Origin: an uncultured Clostridia bacterium
GTDB taxonomy: Bacteria; Bacillota; Clostridia; Christensenellales; Aristaeellaceae
NCBI GenBank assembly: GCA_946414315.1
Contig: CAMKNZ010000012.1
Location: 1,364-65,363, forward strand
Length of the DNA stretch: 64,000 nucleotides
Direction: 5' to 3'
Below the pieces are notes generated by a model, which saw only the letters and a program-made list of their open reading frames with translations, made no database searches and was not told where the DNA came from. Positions 19,910 through 28,696 of the stretch are shown in pieces. Made by a program: the position numbers and the translations under genes. Each line of letters starts with the position of its first letter. Position 1 is the first letter of the stretch.

Positions 19910-21103
19910 ATGAAGAAGATTCTTGCTCTGGTACTGGTTCTGGCGCTGTGCCTGACCGCCGCCGTTTCCCTGGCGGATCCGATCGAAAAGGAAAACATCA
20001 AGCTGGGCGTGATCACCCTGCACGGTGAAAACTCCACCTATGACGCCAACTTCATCAATGCGGTGAAGGAAGCCTGCGCGGAGCTCGGCCTGGAAGAAGG
20101 CACGAACTACGTGATCGTTTCTGACATTGAAGAAGCTGACATCTGCCGCGAAACCGCTCTGGACCTGGTTGACGAAGGCTGCAACATCATCTTCGCCGAC
20201 AGCTTCGGCCATGAAGACTTCATCATCGAAGCCGCCAAGGAACATCCCGAAGTTGAATTCTGCCATGCGACCGGCACCAAGGCCCATACCGAAGGCCTGG
20301 CCAACTTCCACAACGCTTTCGCCGCGATCTATGAAGGCCGCTATCTGGCTGGCGTCGCTGCCGGACTGAAGCTGAACGAGATCAAGGAAGCGGGCAACCT
20401 GAAGGGCGAAGTTCCCATGATCGGTTATGTCGGCGCTTTCCCCTATGCTGAAGTGAAATCCGGTTACACCTCCTTCTATCTCGGCGCCCGGAGCGTTTGC
20501 CCCGACGTCATCATGAAAGTTCAGTTCACCGGTTCCTGGTACGACGAGACCGGTGAGAAGACCGCTGCTGAAGCCCTGATCGCTCTGGGCGCTGACCTGA
20601 TCAGCCAGCACGCTGACTCCATGGGCGCTCCCAAGGCCTGCGAAGCCGCCGGAATCCCGGACGTTTCCTACAACGGATCCACTGTTGACCTGTGCCCCAA
20701 CACTTTCATCGTGGCCAGCAAGATCAACTGGGTGCCCTACTTCAAGTACATCATCGAGCAGCGCATCGCCGGTGAACCCATCGACACCGACTGGACCGGC
20801 ACCATCGCGACCGGCTCCGTTGAACTGACCGACGTGAACGAACAGGCTGCCGCTGCCGGCACCGTGGAAAAGATTGCTGAAGTGAAGGCTCAGTTCGAAG
20901 CCGGCACGCTGCATGTGTATGACACCGCCACCTGGACGAAGGATGGCGCCGTAGTGGAAAGCTATCTGGCTGACGTGGACACCGACGCTGCTTTCACGCC
21001 CGATACCGAGGCGATCACGGACGGTTATTTTGCCGAATCCACCCTGCGTTCCGCTCCTTACTTCGATATCGATATCGATGGAATCGAGATCGTGAACGAC
21101 TAA
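19910..21103 (+). CDS. BMP family ABC transporter substrate-binding protein (purine/nucleoside)
   Basis: Signal peptide; IIFADSFGH, YEGRYLAGVAAG, TGSWYD, ISQHADS motifs. Confidence 0.9.
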   Translation: MKKILALVLVLALCLTAAVSLADPIEKENIKLGVITLHGENSTYDANFINAVKEACAELGLEEGTNYVIVSDIEEADICRETALDLVDEGCNIIFADSFGHEDFIIEAAKEHPEVEFCHATGTKAHTEGLANFHNAFAAIYEGRYLAGVAAGLKLNEIKEAGNLKGEVPMIGYVGAFPYAEVKSGYTSFYLGARSVCPDVIMKVQFTGSWYDETGEKTAAEALIALGADLISQHADSMGAPKACEAAGIPDVSYNGSTVDLCPNTFIVASKINWVPYFKYIIEQRIAGEPIDTDWTGTIATGSVELTDVNEQAAAAGTVEKIAEVKAQFEAGTLHVYDTATWTKDGAVVESYLADVDTDAAFTPDTEAITDGYFAESTLRSAPYFDIDIDGIEIVND

Positions 21104-21136
21104 TGATCATCAGGCTTGTCCTGTTATGACACAATC

Positions 21137-21179
21137 GGACTGCCGTCCAATCTCCGGGCGGCAGTCCTTATCCTTTTTT
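21137..21179 (+). terminator. Stem-loop/intrinsic terminator after the BMP gene
   Basis: GGACTGCCGTCC-loop-GGGCGGCAGTCC followed by a T-rich tail. Confidence 0.6.
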
Positions 21180-21194
21180 ATCACGGGGGATATC

Positions 21195-22898
21195 ATGGAG
21201 AAACAGCTTGCGCTTCAGATGAAGGGGATCACCAAACGATTCGGCTCCGTTGTGGCGAATGACCATGTGGACCTGGACGTTTACCGGGGAGAAATCCTGG
21301 CCATTCTCGGTGAGAACGGCTGCGGCAAGACGACCCTGATGAACATGATTGCCGGGATTTATTTCCCGGACGAGGGACAGATCCTGATCGACGGGAAAGA
21401 GGTCGTGATCCGCTCTCCCAAGGACGCGTTCGACCACAAGATCGGCATGGTCCATCAGCACTTCAAACTGGTGGATCTGTTTACGGCTGCCGAAAACGTG
21501 GTGCTGGGGACCGAATCCAAAGAGAAGTACAACCTGAAGGCGGTCAACGCCCAGGTTGCGCAGATCGCGGAGAAATATGGTTTCCGGCTGGATCCGGCGA
21601 AGAAGATCTACGACATGTCCGTGTCTGAAAAGCAGACGGTGGAGATCATCAAGGTGCTGTACCGCGGGGCGGACATCCTGATCCTGGACGAGCCCACCGC
21701 CGTGCTGACGCCCCAGGAGATCACGCGGCTGTTTGACGTGCTGCGCCGGATGAAGGAAGACGGCAAGAGCATTATCATCATCACCCACAAGCTGAACGAG
21801 GTTATGGAGGTCAGCGACCGGGTCGCGATCCTGCGCCGGGGCGAGCATATCGCCACGGTAAACACCGCGGAAGCCAGTGAAGCGTGGCTGACGGAACTGA
21901 TGGTCGGCAAGAAGATCGACCTGAACATTCACCGCTCCAGGCCGGAAAACGCGGTGCCGCGGCTGATCGTGGAAAACCTGAACCTGTATAACGCCGAAGG
22001 CGTCCATGTACTGAAGGACATCACCTTTACCGCCAACGGCGGCGAGATCCTGGGCGTCGCGGGTATTGCCGGCAGCGGCCAGCGGGAGCTGCTGGAGTCC
22101 ATCTCCGGCCTGCAGCCGGTGGCCAGCGGAAAGATTACCTTCAACAACCCGAAGAAAGACAAGCCGGTGAGCTTCTTCCACAAGAGCATGAAGCAGGTCC
22201 GCGCGCTGGCGGAACAGGGCGCGTTCCACGACCGGAACCTGAACGACGTCAACTTCCACGGCATGAGCAACAAGGCCGTGCGGAAGTGGGTCGAGAACGG
22301 GGACGTGCTGTTCCGTGAGGACGAGGTTATGAACCTGCGGGACAAGGACCCGCTGGAGATCCGCCGGCTGGGCATTCACCTGAGCTTTGTGCCGGAGGAC
22401 CGGCTGGGCATGGGCCTGGTCGGGAACATGAACATTACGGACAATATGATGCTGCGCAGCTACCGGAAAGGCAAAGCCGGTTTCCTGAACCGGAAAAAGC
22501 CCCGGGCGCAGGCGGAAGAGATCATCCGGGATCTGGAAGTGGCTACGCCGGGCGTGACCACGCCGGTGCGGCGGCTTTCCGGCGGCAACGTGCAGAAGGT
22601 GCTGGTGGGCCGGGAGATCGCCTATACGCCGAAGGTGCTGATGGCGGCCTATCCGGTCCGCGGACTGGACATCGGATCCAGCTATACGATCTACAACCTG
22701 CTGAACCGGCAGAAGGAAAAAGGCGTCGCCGTAATCTATGTGGGCGAAGACCTGGACGTGCTGCTGGAACTGTGCGACCGGATCATGGTGATCAACGGCG
22801 GCGCGATCACGGGCATCGTTGACGCCCGGACCGCGACGAAGGAAGAAATCGGCCTGCTGATGACGAAGACCGACGAGCGGAAGGAGGAGAACGCGTGA
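21195..22898 (+). CDS. Nucleoside ABC transporter ATP-binding protein (tandem NBD)
   Basis: GENGCGKT, ILDEPTAVLTPQE, FVPEDRLGMGL, LSGGNVQK; start moved to ATG 21195 (GGGGG RBS). Confidence 0.9.
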   Translation: MEKQLALQMKGITKRFGSVVANDHVDLDVYRGEILAILGENGCGKTTLMNMIAGIYFPDEGQILIDGKEVVIRSPKDAFDHKIGMVHQHFKLVDLFTAAENVVLGTESKEKYNLKAVNAQVAQIAEKYGFRLDPAKKIYDMSVSEKQTVEIIKVLYRGADILILDEPTAVLTPQEITRLFDVLRRMKEDGKSIIIITHKLNEVMEVSDRVAILRRGEHIATVNTAEASEAWLTELMVGKKIDLNIHRSRPENAVPRLIVENLNLYNAEGVHVLKDITFTANGGEILGVAGIAGSGQRELLESISGLQPVASGKITFNNPKKDKPVSFFHKSMKQVRALAEQGAFHDRNLNDVNFHGMSNKAVRKWVENGDVLFREDEVMNLRDKDPLEIRRLGIHLSFVPEDRLGMGLVGNMNITDNMMLRSYRKGKAGFLNRKKPRAQAEEIIRDLEVATPGVTTPVRRLSGGNVQKVLVGREIAYTPKVLMAAYPVRGLDIGSSYTIYNLLNRQKEKGVAVIYVGEDLDVLLELCDRIMVINGGAITGIVDARTATKEEIGLLMTKTDERKEENA

Positions 22899-24028
22899 GC
22901 AAGAACCAGAAGAGCGAAATCCGGGAACCGCTGATCCACCTGAGCAAACGGTCCTCCATCTCCGCCGGCAAAGCATGGGCGATCCGTATTATTGCCGTCA
23001 TTCTCGGCCTGCTGGTGTGCGGAATTGCCGCGTTCCTGCTGATCGAAAAACTGCAGCAGAAACCGGAACGCATCGGAGAATTCTATCAGACGTTTATCCG
23101 CGGCTCCTTTTCCACAAGCCGTAAAATCTGGAAGTATCTGAAATATACATCCATTCTGCTGTGCGTTTCCCTGGCGCTGACGGTTGCGTTCCGGATGCGG
23201 TTCTGGAACATCGGCGGCGAGGGGCAGACGCTGGTAAGCGTGCTGGGCGCGATCGCGGTGGACTTCTACCTGGGCGGGAAGATCCCGGAGTGGATCCTGC
23301 TGGTCCTGATGTTCTTTGCGGCGCTGGCTTCCGGTATTATCTGGGCTGCAATTCCGGCATTGTTCAGGGCAAAATGGGGGACGAACGAGACGCTGTTCAC
23401 CCTGATGATGAACTATGTGGCGACCTTCCTGGTCTCTTATTTCCTGGTCATCTGGGTGCCGAGCGGTTCTTCTTCCCTGGGCAAGCTGAAAAACGGCAAG
23501 CTGCCGATCATCTACAACGAACAAATGGTGATCATTCTGGTCGCACTCCTGCTGGCCATCGGACTGTATATCTACCTGAACTACACCAAGCACGGCTACG
23601 AAATCAACGTGGTGGGCGAGAGCGTCCGGACAGCCCAGTATGTCGGTATCAACGAGAAGAAGGTCATCATCCGGACAATGATCCTCTCCGGCGCGCTGTG
23701 CGGTTTATCCGGCTACCTGATCGCAGCGGGGTCGGACCAGACGGTAACGACAAATTCCGTGGGCGGACAGGGATTCACCGGTATCCTGGTGGCCTGGCTG
23801 GGCAAGTTTAACCCCCTGGCCATGATCCTGACCGCAGGGCTGATCCAGATGCTGAACCAGGGCGCCAGCCAGATCAGCCAGGACTTCGGCGTGGACAACT
23901 CACTGCCGAATGTCATTGTAGGTATTGTGCTGTTCTTCATTATTGCCAGTGAATTCTTTATCAACTATGAGATTCATTTCCGCGGCCGTCACGGCCGGGC
24001 GGAAGCCGGGAAGGGGGCAGTCAAATGA
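22895..24028 (+). CDS. Nucleoside ABC transporter permease
   Basis: FWNIGGEGQ, NETLFTLMMNY, GFTGILVAWLG. Confidence 0.9.
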   Translation: MSKNQKSEIREPLIHLSKRSSISAGKAWAIRIIAVILGLLVCGIAAFLLIEKLQQKPERIGEFYQTFIRGSFSTSRKIWKYLKYTSILLCVSLALTVAFRMRFWNIGGEGQTLVSVLGAIAVDFYLGGKIPEWILLVLMFFAALASGIIWAAIPALFRAKWGTNETLFTLMMNYVATFLVSYFLVIWVPSGSSSLGKLKNGKLPIIYNEQMVIILVALLLAIGLYIYLNYTKHGYEINVVGESVRTAQYVGINEKKVIIRTMILSGALCGLSGYLIAAGSDQTVTTNSVGGQGFTGILVAWLGKFNPLAMILTAGLIQMLNQGASQISQDFGVDNSLPNVIVGIVLFFIIASEFFINYEIHFRGRHGRAEAGKGAVK

Positions 24029-24978
24029 ATATCTGGCTGAGCTTTCTGATCGATTCCCTGGCCTTCGGCGCGACCTTTATCTACGGTTCAACGGGTGAAA
24101 TCCTGACGGAAAAAGCCGGACACCTGAACCTGGGCATTCCCGGCATTATGTGCATGGGGGCCGCGGGCGGCTGCCTGATGCTGAACACAATCGGGGCCGG
24201 CAACCTGCCGCCTGTGCTGGTTGTGCTGCTGGGCATCATCGGCGCATTCGCTTTTGCGGTTCTCAGCGGGATGATCTATTCCTTCCTGACGATTACACTG
24301 CGGGCAAACCAGAACGTGACCGGCCTGACGCTGACGACTTTCGGCGTCGGCCTGTCCAAGGTGATTTTCAGCAAGCTGGATCCCGTGCTCTATCTTGCCA
24401 ATACCAGGGACTACTTCCACTGGCCCTTTACGGCGGAGAAGAACAGTCTCCAGCTGCTGGGCATCCTGTTCTTCCTGGCGATCATCGTAGCGCTTGTGAG
24501 CAGTTGGGTGCTGTTCCGTACCCGGGTGGGCCTGCAGCTGCGGGCCATCGGTGAAAACCCCGGCACGGCGGACGCGGTGGGCATCAACGTGACCCGGTAC
24601 AAGTATGTGGCGACCTGCGTCGGCAGCGGCATCGCGGGCATGGGCGGGTTCTACTACATCATCGACTACATGGTTTCCCAGGAAGCGTACCTGAGCGTGG
24701 AAGCGCTGGGCTGGCTGAGCATCGCGCTGGTCATCTTCGCCCTGTGGCGGCCGCATATGACGATTATCGGATCGACGGTGTTCGGCGTGCTGTTCTCACT
24801 GGGCGGATTTATCACCAACGTCAGCTGGATCAAGGTGACGATGGCGACGACGCCGCTGCTGAAGATGCTGCCCTATGTGGTGACGATCATCGTGCTGGTG
24901 ATCTCCAGCATCCGGAACAAGCGGGAGAACCAGCCGCCGGCAAGTCTGGGGCTCAGTTATTTCAGAGAAGAAAGATAA
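24025..24978 (+). CDS. Nucleoside ABC transporter permease
   Basis: TEKAGHLNLGIPG, ANQNVTG, RAIGENP, LPYVVT. Confidence 0.9.
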   Translation: MNIWLSFLIDSLAFGATFIYGSTGEILTEKAGHLNLGIPGIMCMGAAGGCLMLNTIGAGNLPPVLVVLLGIIGAFAFAVLSGMIYSFLTITLRANQNVTGLTLTTFGVGLSKVIFSKLDPVLYLANTRDYFHWPFTAEKNSLQLLGILFFLAIIVALVSSWVLFRTRVGLQLRAIGENPGTADAVGINVTRYKYVATCVGSGIAGMGGFYYIIDYMVSQEAYLSVEALGWLSIALVIFALWRPHMTIIGSTVFGVLFSLGGFITNVSWIKVTMATTPLLKMLPYVVTIIVLVISSIRNKRENQPPASLGLSYFREER

Positions 24979-24982
24979 CTCA

Positions 24983-25017
24983 AATTCATAATTCACAATT
25001 CATAATTCATAATTATG
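24983..25017. repeat. Heptamer tandem repeat (AATTCAY x4-5)
   Basis: aattcat aattcac aattcat aattcat aattatg, an AT-rich island in GC-rich context. Confidence 0.8.
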
Positions 25018-25039
25018 ATTGGTGAGAGCAGGAGATCGA

Positions 25040-25885
25040 ATGAAGATCAGAATGACAGCGGACAGCACCTGCGACCTGACGCCGGAACTGATCCGGAAGT
25101 ACGAGATCGGTATTGTCCCGCTGAGCGTAATTATTGATGGGGAAGTGTTCCATGACGGTGTGGACGTGACGCCCCGGGATATCTTCCGCGCGGCGGAAGC
25201 GGGCAAATCCGTCCGGACAGCGGCGGTAAACACGTTTGAATACCGGGAGTTTTTTGAAAAACAGCTGAAGACCTGTGATCAGCTGGTGCATGTGTGCCTG
25301 GGCAGCGGCTTTTCCTCCTGCTACAGCGACGCGCTGGAAGCCAGCCGGGAGACCGGGAAGGTGTTTGTGGTAGACAGCCGGAACCTGTCCACGGGCAGCG
25401 GGCTGCTGGTGCTGGAAGGCCTCAGGATGATCCGGGAAGGCGAGGAGGACGGCAAGGCCATCGCGGAGACCCTGCAGGCAAAGACGGGACTGATCAACGG
25501 GAGCTTTGTGCTGCGGACGGTGGATTACCTGCGCCGGGGCGGCCGCTGCACCGGCCTGGAAGCGCTGGGCGCGAAGATGCTGCATATCCGGCCGTCCATC
25601 GTCGTGCAGGACGGCAAGATGCGTCCCGGGGAGAAATACCGGGGACGGTATGAACACTACCTGAAGCATTATATTGAGGATCTGCTGGAAAACGACAGCA
25701 ATATCGATTTCCAACGGGTGTTCGTGGTCCATTCCCCCAGCGAGGACGGACTGGCCCGCTTTGCCATCGATACGGTGAAGAGCTACGGCCTGTTCCGGGA
25801 GGTGATGGAGGCCATGGCGGGATGCACGATCTGCACGCACTGCGGACCGGATACGCTGGGGCTGATGTTCATGAATAAAGAGTAA
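25040..25885 (+). CDS. DegV family fatty-acid binding protein
   Basis: TADSTCDL, VVDSRNLSTG, YLRRGGR, THCGPDTLG. Confidence 0.9.
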   Translation: MKIRMTADSTCDLTPELIRKYEIGIVPLSVIIDGEVFHDGVDVTPRDIFRAAEAGKSVRTAAVNTFEYREFFEKQLKTCDQLVHVCLGSGFSSCYSDALEASRETGKVFVVDSRNLSTGSGLLVLEGLRMIREGEEDGKAIAETLQAKTGLINGSFVLRTVDYLRRGGRCTGLEALGAKMLHIRPSIVVQDGKMRPGEKYRGRYEHYLKHYIEDLLENDSNIDFQRVFVVHSPSEDGLARFAIDTVKSYGLFREVMEAMAGCTICTHCGPDTLGLMFMNKE

Positions 25886-25899
25886 GGAAAAACTGATCA

Positions 25900-26319
25900 A
25901 TGAAGAAAAATCCGAAAATGATCGCGGGGATCATCGGCATCGTGGTGCTGCTGGCAGGATGTATCGTGCTGGCCACGTACATGATTCCGACGATCAAAGA
26001 GGTGCGGCGGGAAATGAGCCTGACGCCCACGCCGCTGCCGCCGGTGCCGGATACGGTCCGCGACAAAGCGGCGGAATCCATGGTTACGCCGGAACCCGCC
26101 CTGCGCAACGGATCCCAGGGAGAAAAGGTCTGGAAACTGCAGGAGAGGCTGCAGGCCCTGGGCTATTACACGGACGCGGTGGACGGGCAGTTCGGCCAGG
26201 GAACCCGGGACGCGGTGATTGCCTTCCAGAAGAAGAACGGACTGGAGGCGGACGGATACGCCGGGGAGGAAACGCAGAGAGTGCTGTACAGCGAGGACGC
26301 TGTGCCGAACTCACAATGA
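25900..26319 (+). CDS. Membrane-anchored peptidoglycan-binding domain protein
   Basis: N-terminal TM; LRNGSQGEKVWKLQERLQALGY...DGQFGQGTRDAVIAFQKKNGLEADG (PG_binding_1). Confidence 0.88.
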   Translation: MKKNPKMIAGIIGIVVLLAGCIVLATYMIPTIKEVRREMSLTPTPLPPVPDTVRDKAAESMVTPEPALRNGSQGEKVWKLQERLQALGYYTDAVDGQFGQGTRDAVIAFQKKNGLEADGYAGEETQRVLYSEDAVPNSQ

Positions 26320-26325
26320 TAAAGG

Positions 26326-26361
26326 AACCTGCTTCAGATTTCATTCTTAAGCAGGTTTTTT
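26326..26361 (+). terminator. Intrinsic terminator
   Basis: AACCTGCTT...AAGCAGGTT-TTTT. Confidence 0.65.
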
Positions 26362-26441
26362 GCTGTTGCATTAGAGTCCACTTTAAGGAATAAACTGGAG
26401 AAAAGAACAGAAAACGGATCAGAGAAAGGATTTGGGACAGG

Positions 26442-28646
26442 ATGCAGATCAATCTCGGCGTTTTTTCAGTATCATTTGAAAACGGCGGCCTTCGTGTGAT
26501 CCGGGACGGAAAGACGCTGTATTTTAACGCGAGACCGGTTTATGTGTCGGTGAAAACCTATGCCGCGGTCAATGAATTCCGGGATGCGGCGTATGACCGG
26601 ATTTGTGAACAGGACGGGGCCGTGACAGGCGAGGCGCTGTTCGTGACGAAGAACGGATCGGAGATATCTGTCCGGGATACGTATGAAACGCAGGACGGCA
26701 GGACGCTAAAGATCACACGGAGGGCGGAAGTACGGAAAGCAGACAGGGACGATCTCGGATTCCAGACCAAGATCTCCTTCTATCAGGCACTGTCGGATGA
26801 ACTGCGGGATTTTGAATATTTCAGCCCGGGACAGTGGTACCTGGACAACCGGTATGCTGCCGATTTCGCACTGGGCAAAAACATGGACCTGCAGTATTAC
26901 TGGCGGAAAGAAACCTATTCAGGCCTGCCGATGTTTGCCATGCGGCATAAAGCCGGCGGCGAGACGATCGCCTTATCCCGCTGGGCGGCGGACGCCACAC
27001 TGCCTTCCCTCGACCGGACCGCGACGGAAAACTATGCCTATGTGGATCCGTGCATGACGGTCGGTTCCTTCGGCGTCAGCAAGGCCCGGCCTGAGGCGCT
27101 GACCTATACCTATTACGGCCATATGATGGCGACGCCGCTTCCGGACACAATCTGCGACGGCGTGTCCATCGATTATATCTATCCCGCGGTCAACGGACAG
27201 CAGCCTTACCGGAACTGGGGACCGGTCAGCACCCAGCTGCCGATCAGCAATATCACCTGGGTTCATCCGATGCACGAAGGCTTTGTCCAGCAGTATGCCG
27301 TGGCGGCGTCTTTCGGAAGATACGACGATTTCAGCACGATGCTGCGGGAAACCTGGCGGGAGACCTATTCCCGGCTGAAAGACCGCCTCTTCGATGTGGA
27401 CAACGCGGCGCTGTTCGATCATATGATGCGCTTCCTGAAAGCCGTGACGCGGCAGTTCGGGGAAGCCTGGGGTACGCCTTTTGTGGCTCAGCTGCCGGAC
27501 TTTGACCCGAATTCCTTTTCGGCGGAGATCGGGTTTGTGGGCCAGCAGGCCGGGATCGGCTACCAGCTGCTCCGCTGGGGCAGACTGAATGAGGACGCTG
27601 AAGCGGTGCAAAAAGGACTGGGCATTCTGGACTACTGGGCCGGCCACACCATGACCGACGCAGGGTTCCCGCGGCTGTGGGTGCACCTTTCCACCCATCA
27701 GGACGAGCCGCAGCCCCTGTGGGTGCGGCAGATCGGCGACGGGCTGGAGGCGATCCTGGACGCCTATGTCTTTGAGAAAAAACGGGGAGTCAGCCATGAA
27801 GAATGGCTGGCATACTGCGTGCGCACCGCCGACTGGCTGACAGGAAAGCAGAACGACGACGGCAGCTTTTACCGCTCCTACCGGGACGACGGCTCCTGCT
27901 GCATGGACTCCAAAGCCAGCACGCCCTGCGTTGTCAGGTTCCTGGTTCAGCTTAGCCTGGTAACCAAAGACGACCGGTATCTTCATACGGCGGTCCGGGC
28001 CGGGGAATGGGCCTGGAATCACCAGTACAGAGACTTTGAATACCGGGGAGGTCCCTGCGACACCTCCGATATCATGGACAAGGAATCCGGCATCTACGCC
28101 ATGTTCGCGTTCATGGCGCTCTATGACGCCACAGGGGATGCTAAATGGCTGGAAGCCGCCTGCGGCGCGGCGGACTATACCGAAACCTTTACGTTTGTAT
28201 GGAACTTTCCGGTGCATGTTCCTTATCCGGCGCACCCTTTCAACCGCAACGGCATCAGCGGGCAGAGCAATGTTTCCGTGGGGACGGCGGGCGGCGATAT
28301 CTATATGGCGGCGTGCAGCTATACTTATTACCGGCTGTATCTGCTCACGGGGGATACGCACTACCGCGACTTCGCCGAATTCCTGAACCGGAACTGCAAG
28401 CAGGCCAACGATACCGACGGGAGCAGCGGATACCGCTATCCGGGGCTGGTGAATGAGGGCGCCCATTTCGGCGAACAGGAATACCGCAGCCGCTATCACT
28501 GGCTCCCATGGTGCACCTTTGTCGAGGTGGACCCGGCTTCGCGGTTCGCGGACACGTTCGGCGCGCACGAAATCGCGGAGATCGAAAAACTGCCCGGCGA
28601 AGAGCTGCGGCGCCGGAACCGGATTTATGATCACTACGCGCCCTGA
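26442..28646 (+). CDS. Hypothetical protein, probable (alpha/alpha)-barrel glycoside hydrolase-like enzyme
   Basis: 734-aa ORF with helical-hairpin motifs (ADWLTGKQNDDGSF, ALYDATGDAKWLEAA, LYLLTGDTHYRDFA); adjacent to GH2; no signal peptide. Confidence 0.6.
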   Translation: MQINLGVFSVSFENGGLRVIRDGKTLYFNARPVYVSVKTYAAVNEFRDAAYDRICEQDGAVTGEALFVTKNGSEISVRDTYETQDGRTLKITRRAEVRKADRDDLGFQTKISFYQALSDELRDFEYFSPGQWYLDNRYAADFALGKNMDLQYYWRKETYSGLPMFAMRHKAGGETIALSRWAADATLPSLDRTATENYAYVDPCMTVGSFGVSKARPEALTYTYYGHMMATPLPDTICDGVSIDYIYPAVNGQQPYRNWGPVSTQLPISNITWVHPMHEGFVQQYAVAASFGRYDDFSTMLRETWRETYSRLKDRLFDVDNAALFDHMMRFLKAVTRQFGEAWGTPFVAQLPDFDPNSFSAEIGFVGQQAGIGYQLLRWGRLNEDAEAVQKGLGILDYWAGHTMTDAGFPRLWVHLSTHQDEPQPLWVRQIGDGLEAILDAYVFEKKRGVSHEEWLAYCVRTADWLTGKQNDDGSFYRSYRDDGSCCMDSKASTPCVVRFLVQLSLVTKDDRYLHTAVRAGEWAWNHQYRDFEYRGGPCDTSDIMDKESGIYAMFAFMALYDATGDAKWLEAACGAADYTETFTFVWNFPVHVPYPAHPFNRNGISGQSNVSVGTAGGDIYMAACSYTYYRLYLLTGDTHYRDFAEFLNRNCKQANDTDGSSGYRYPGLVNEGAHFGEQEYRSRYHWLPWCTFVEVDPASRFADTFGAHEIAEIEKLPGEELRRRNRIYDHYAP

Positions 28647-28696
28647 CGGGAGAGACAGAAGAGCAAAAGCGGAAAACAGCCGCGGGAGGAGAAAAA

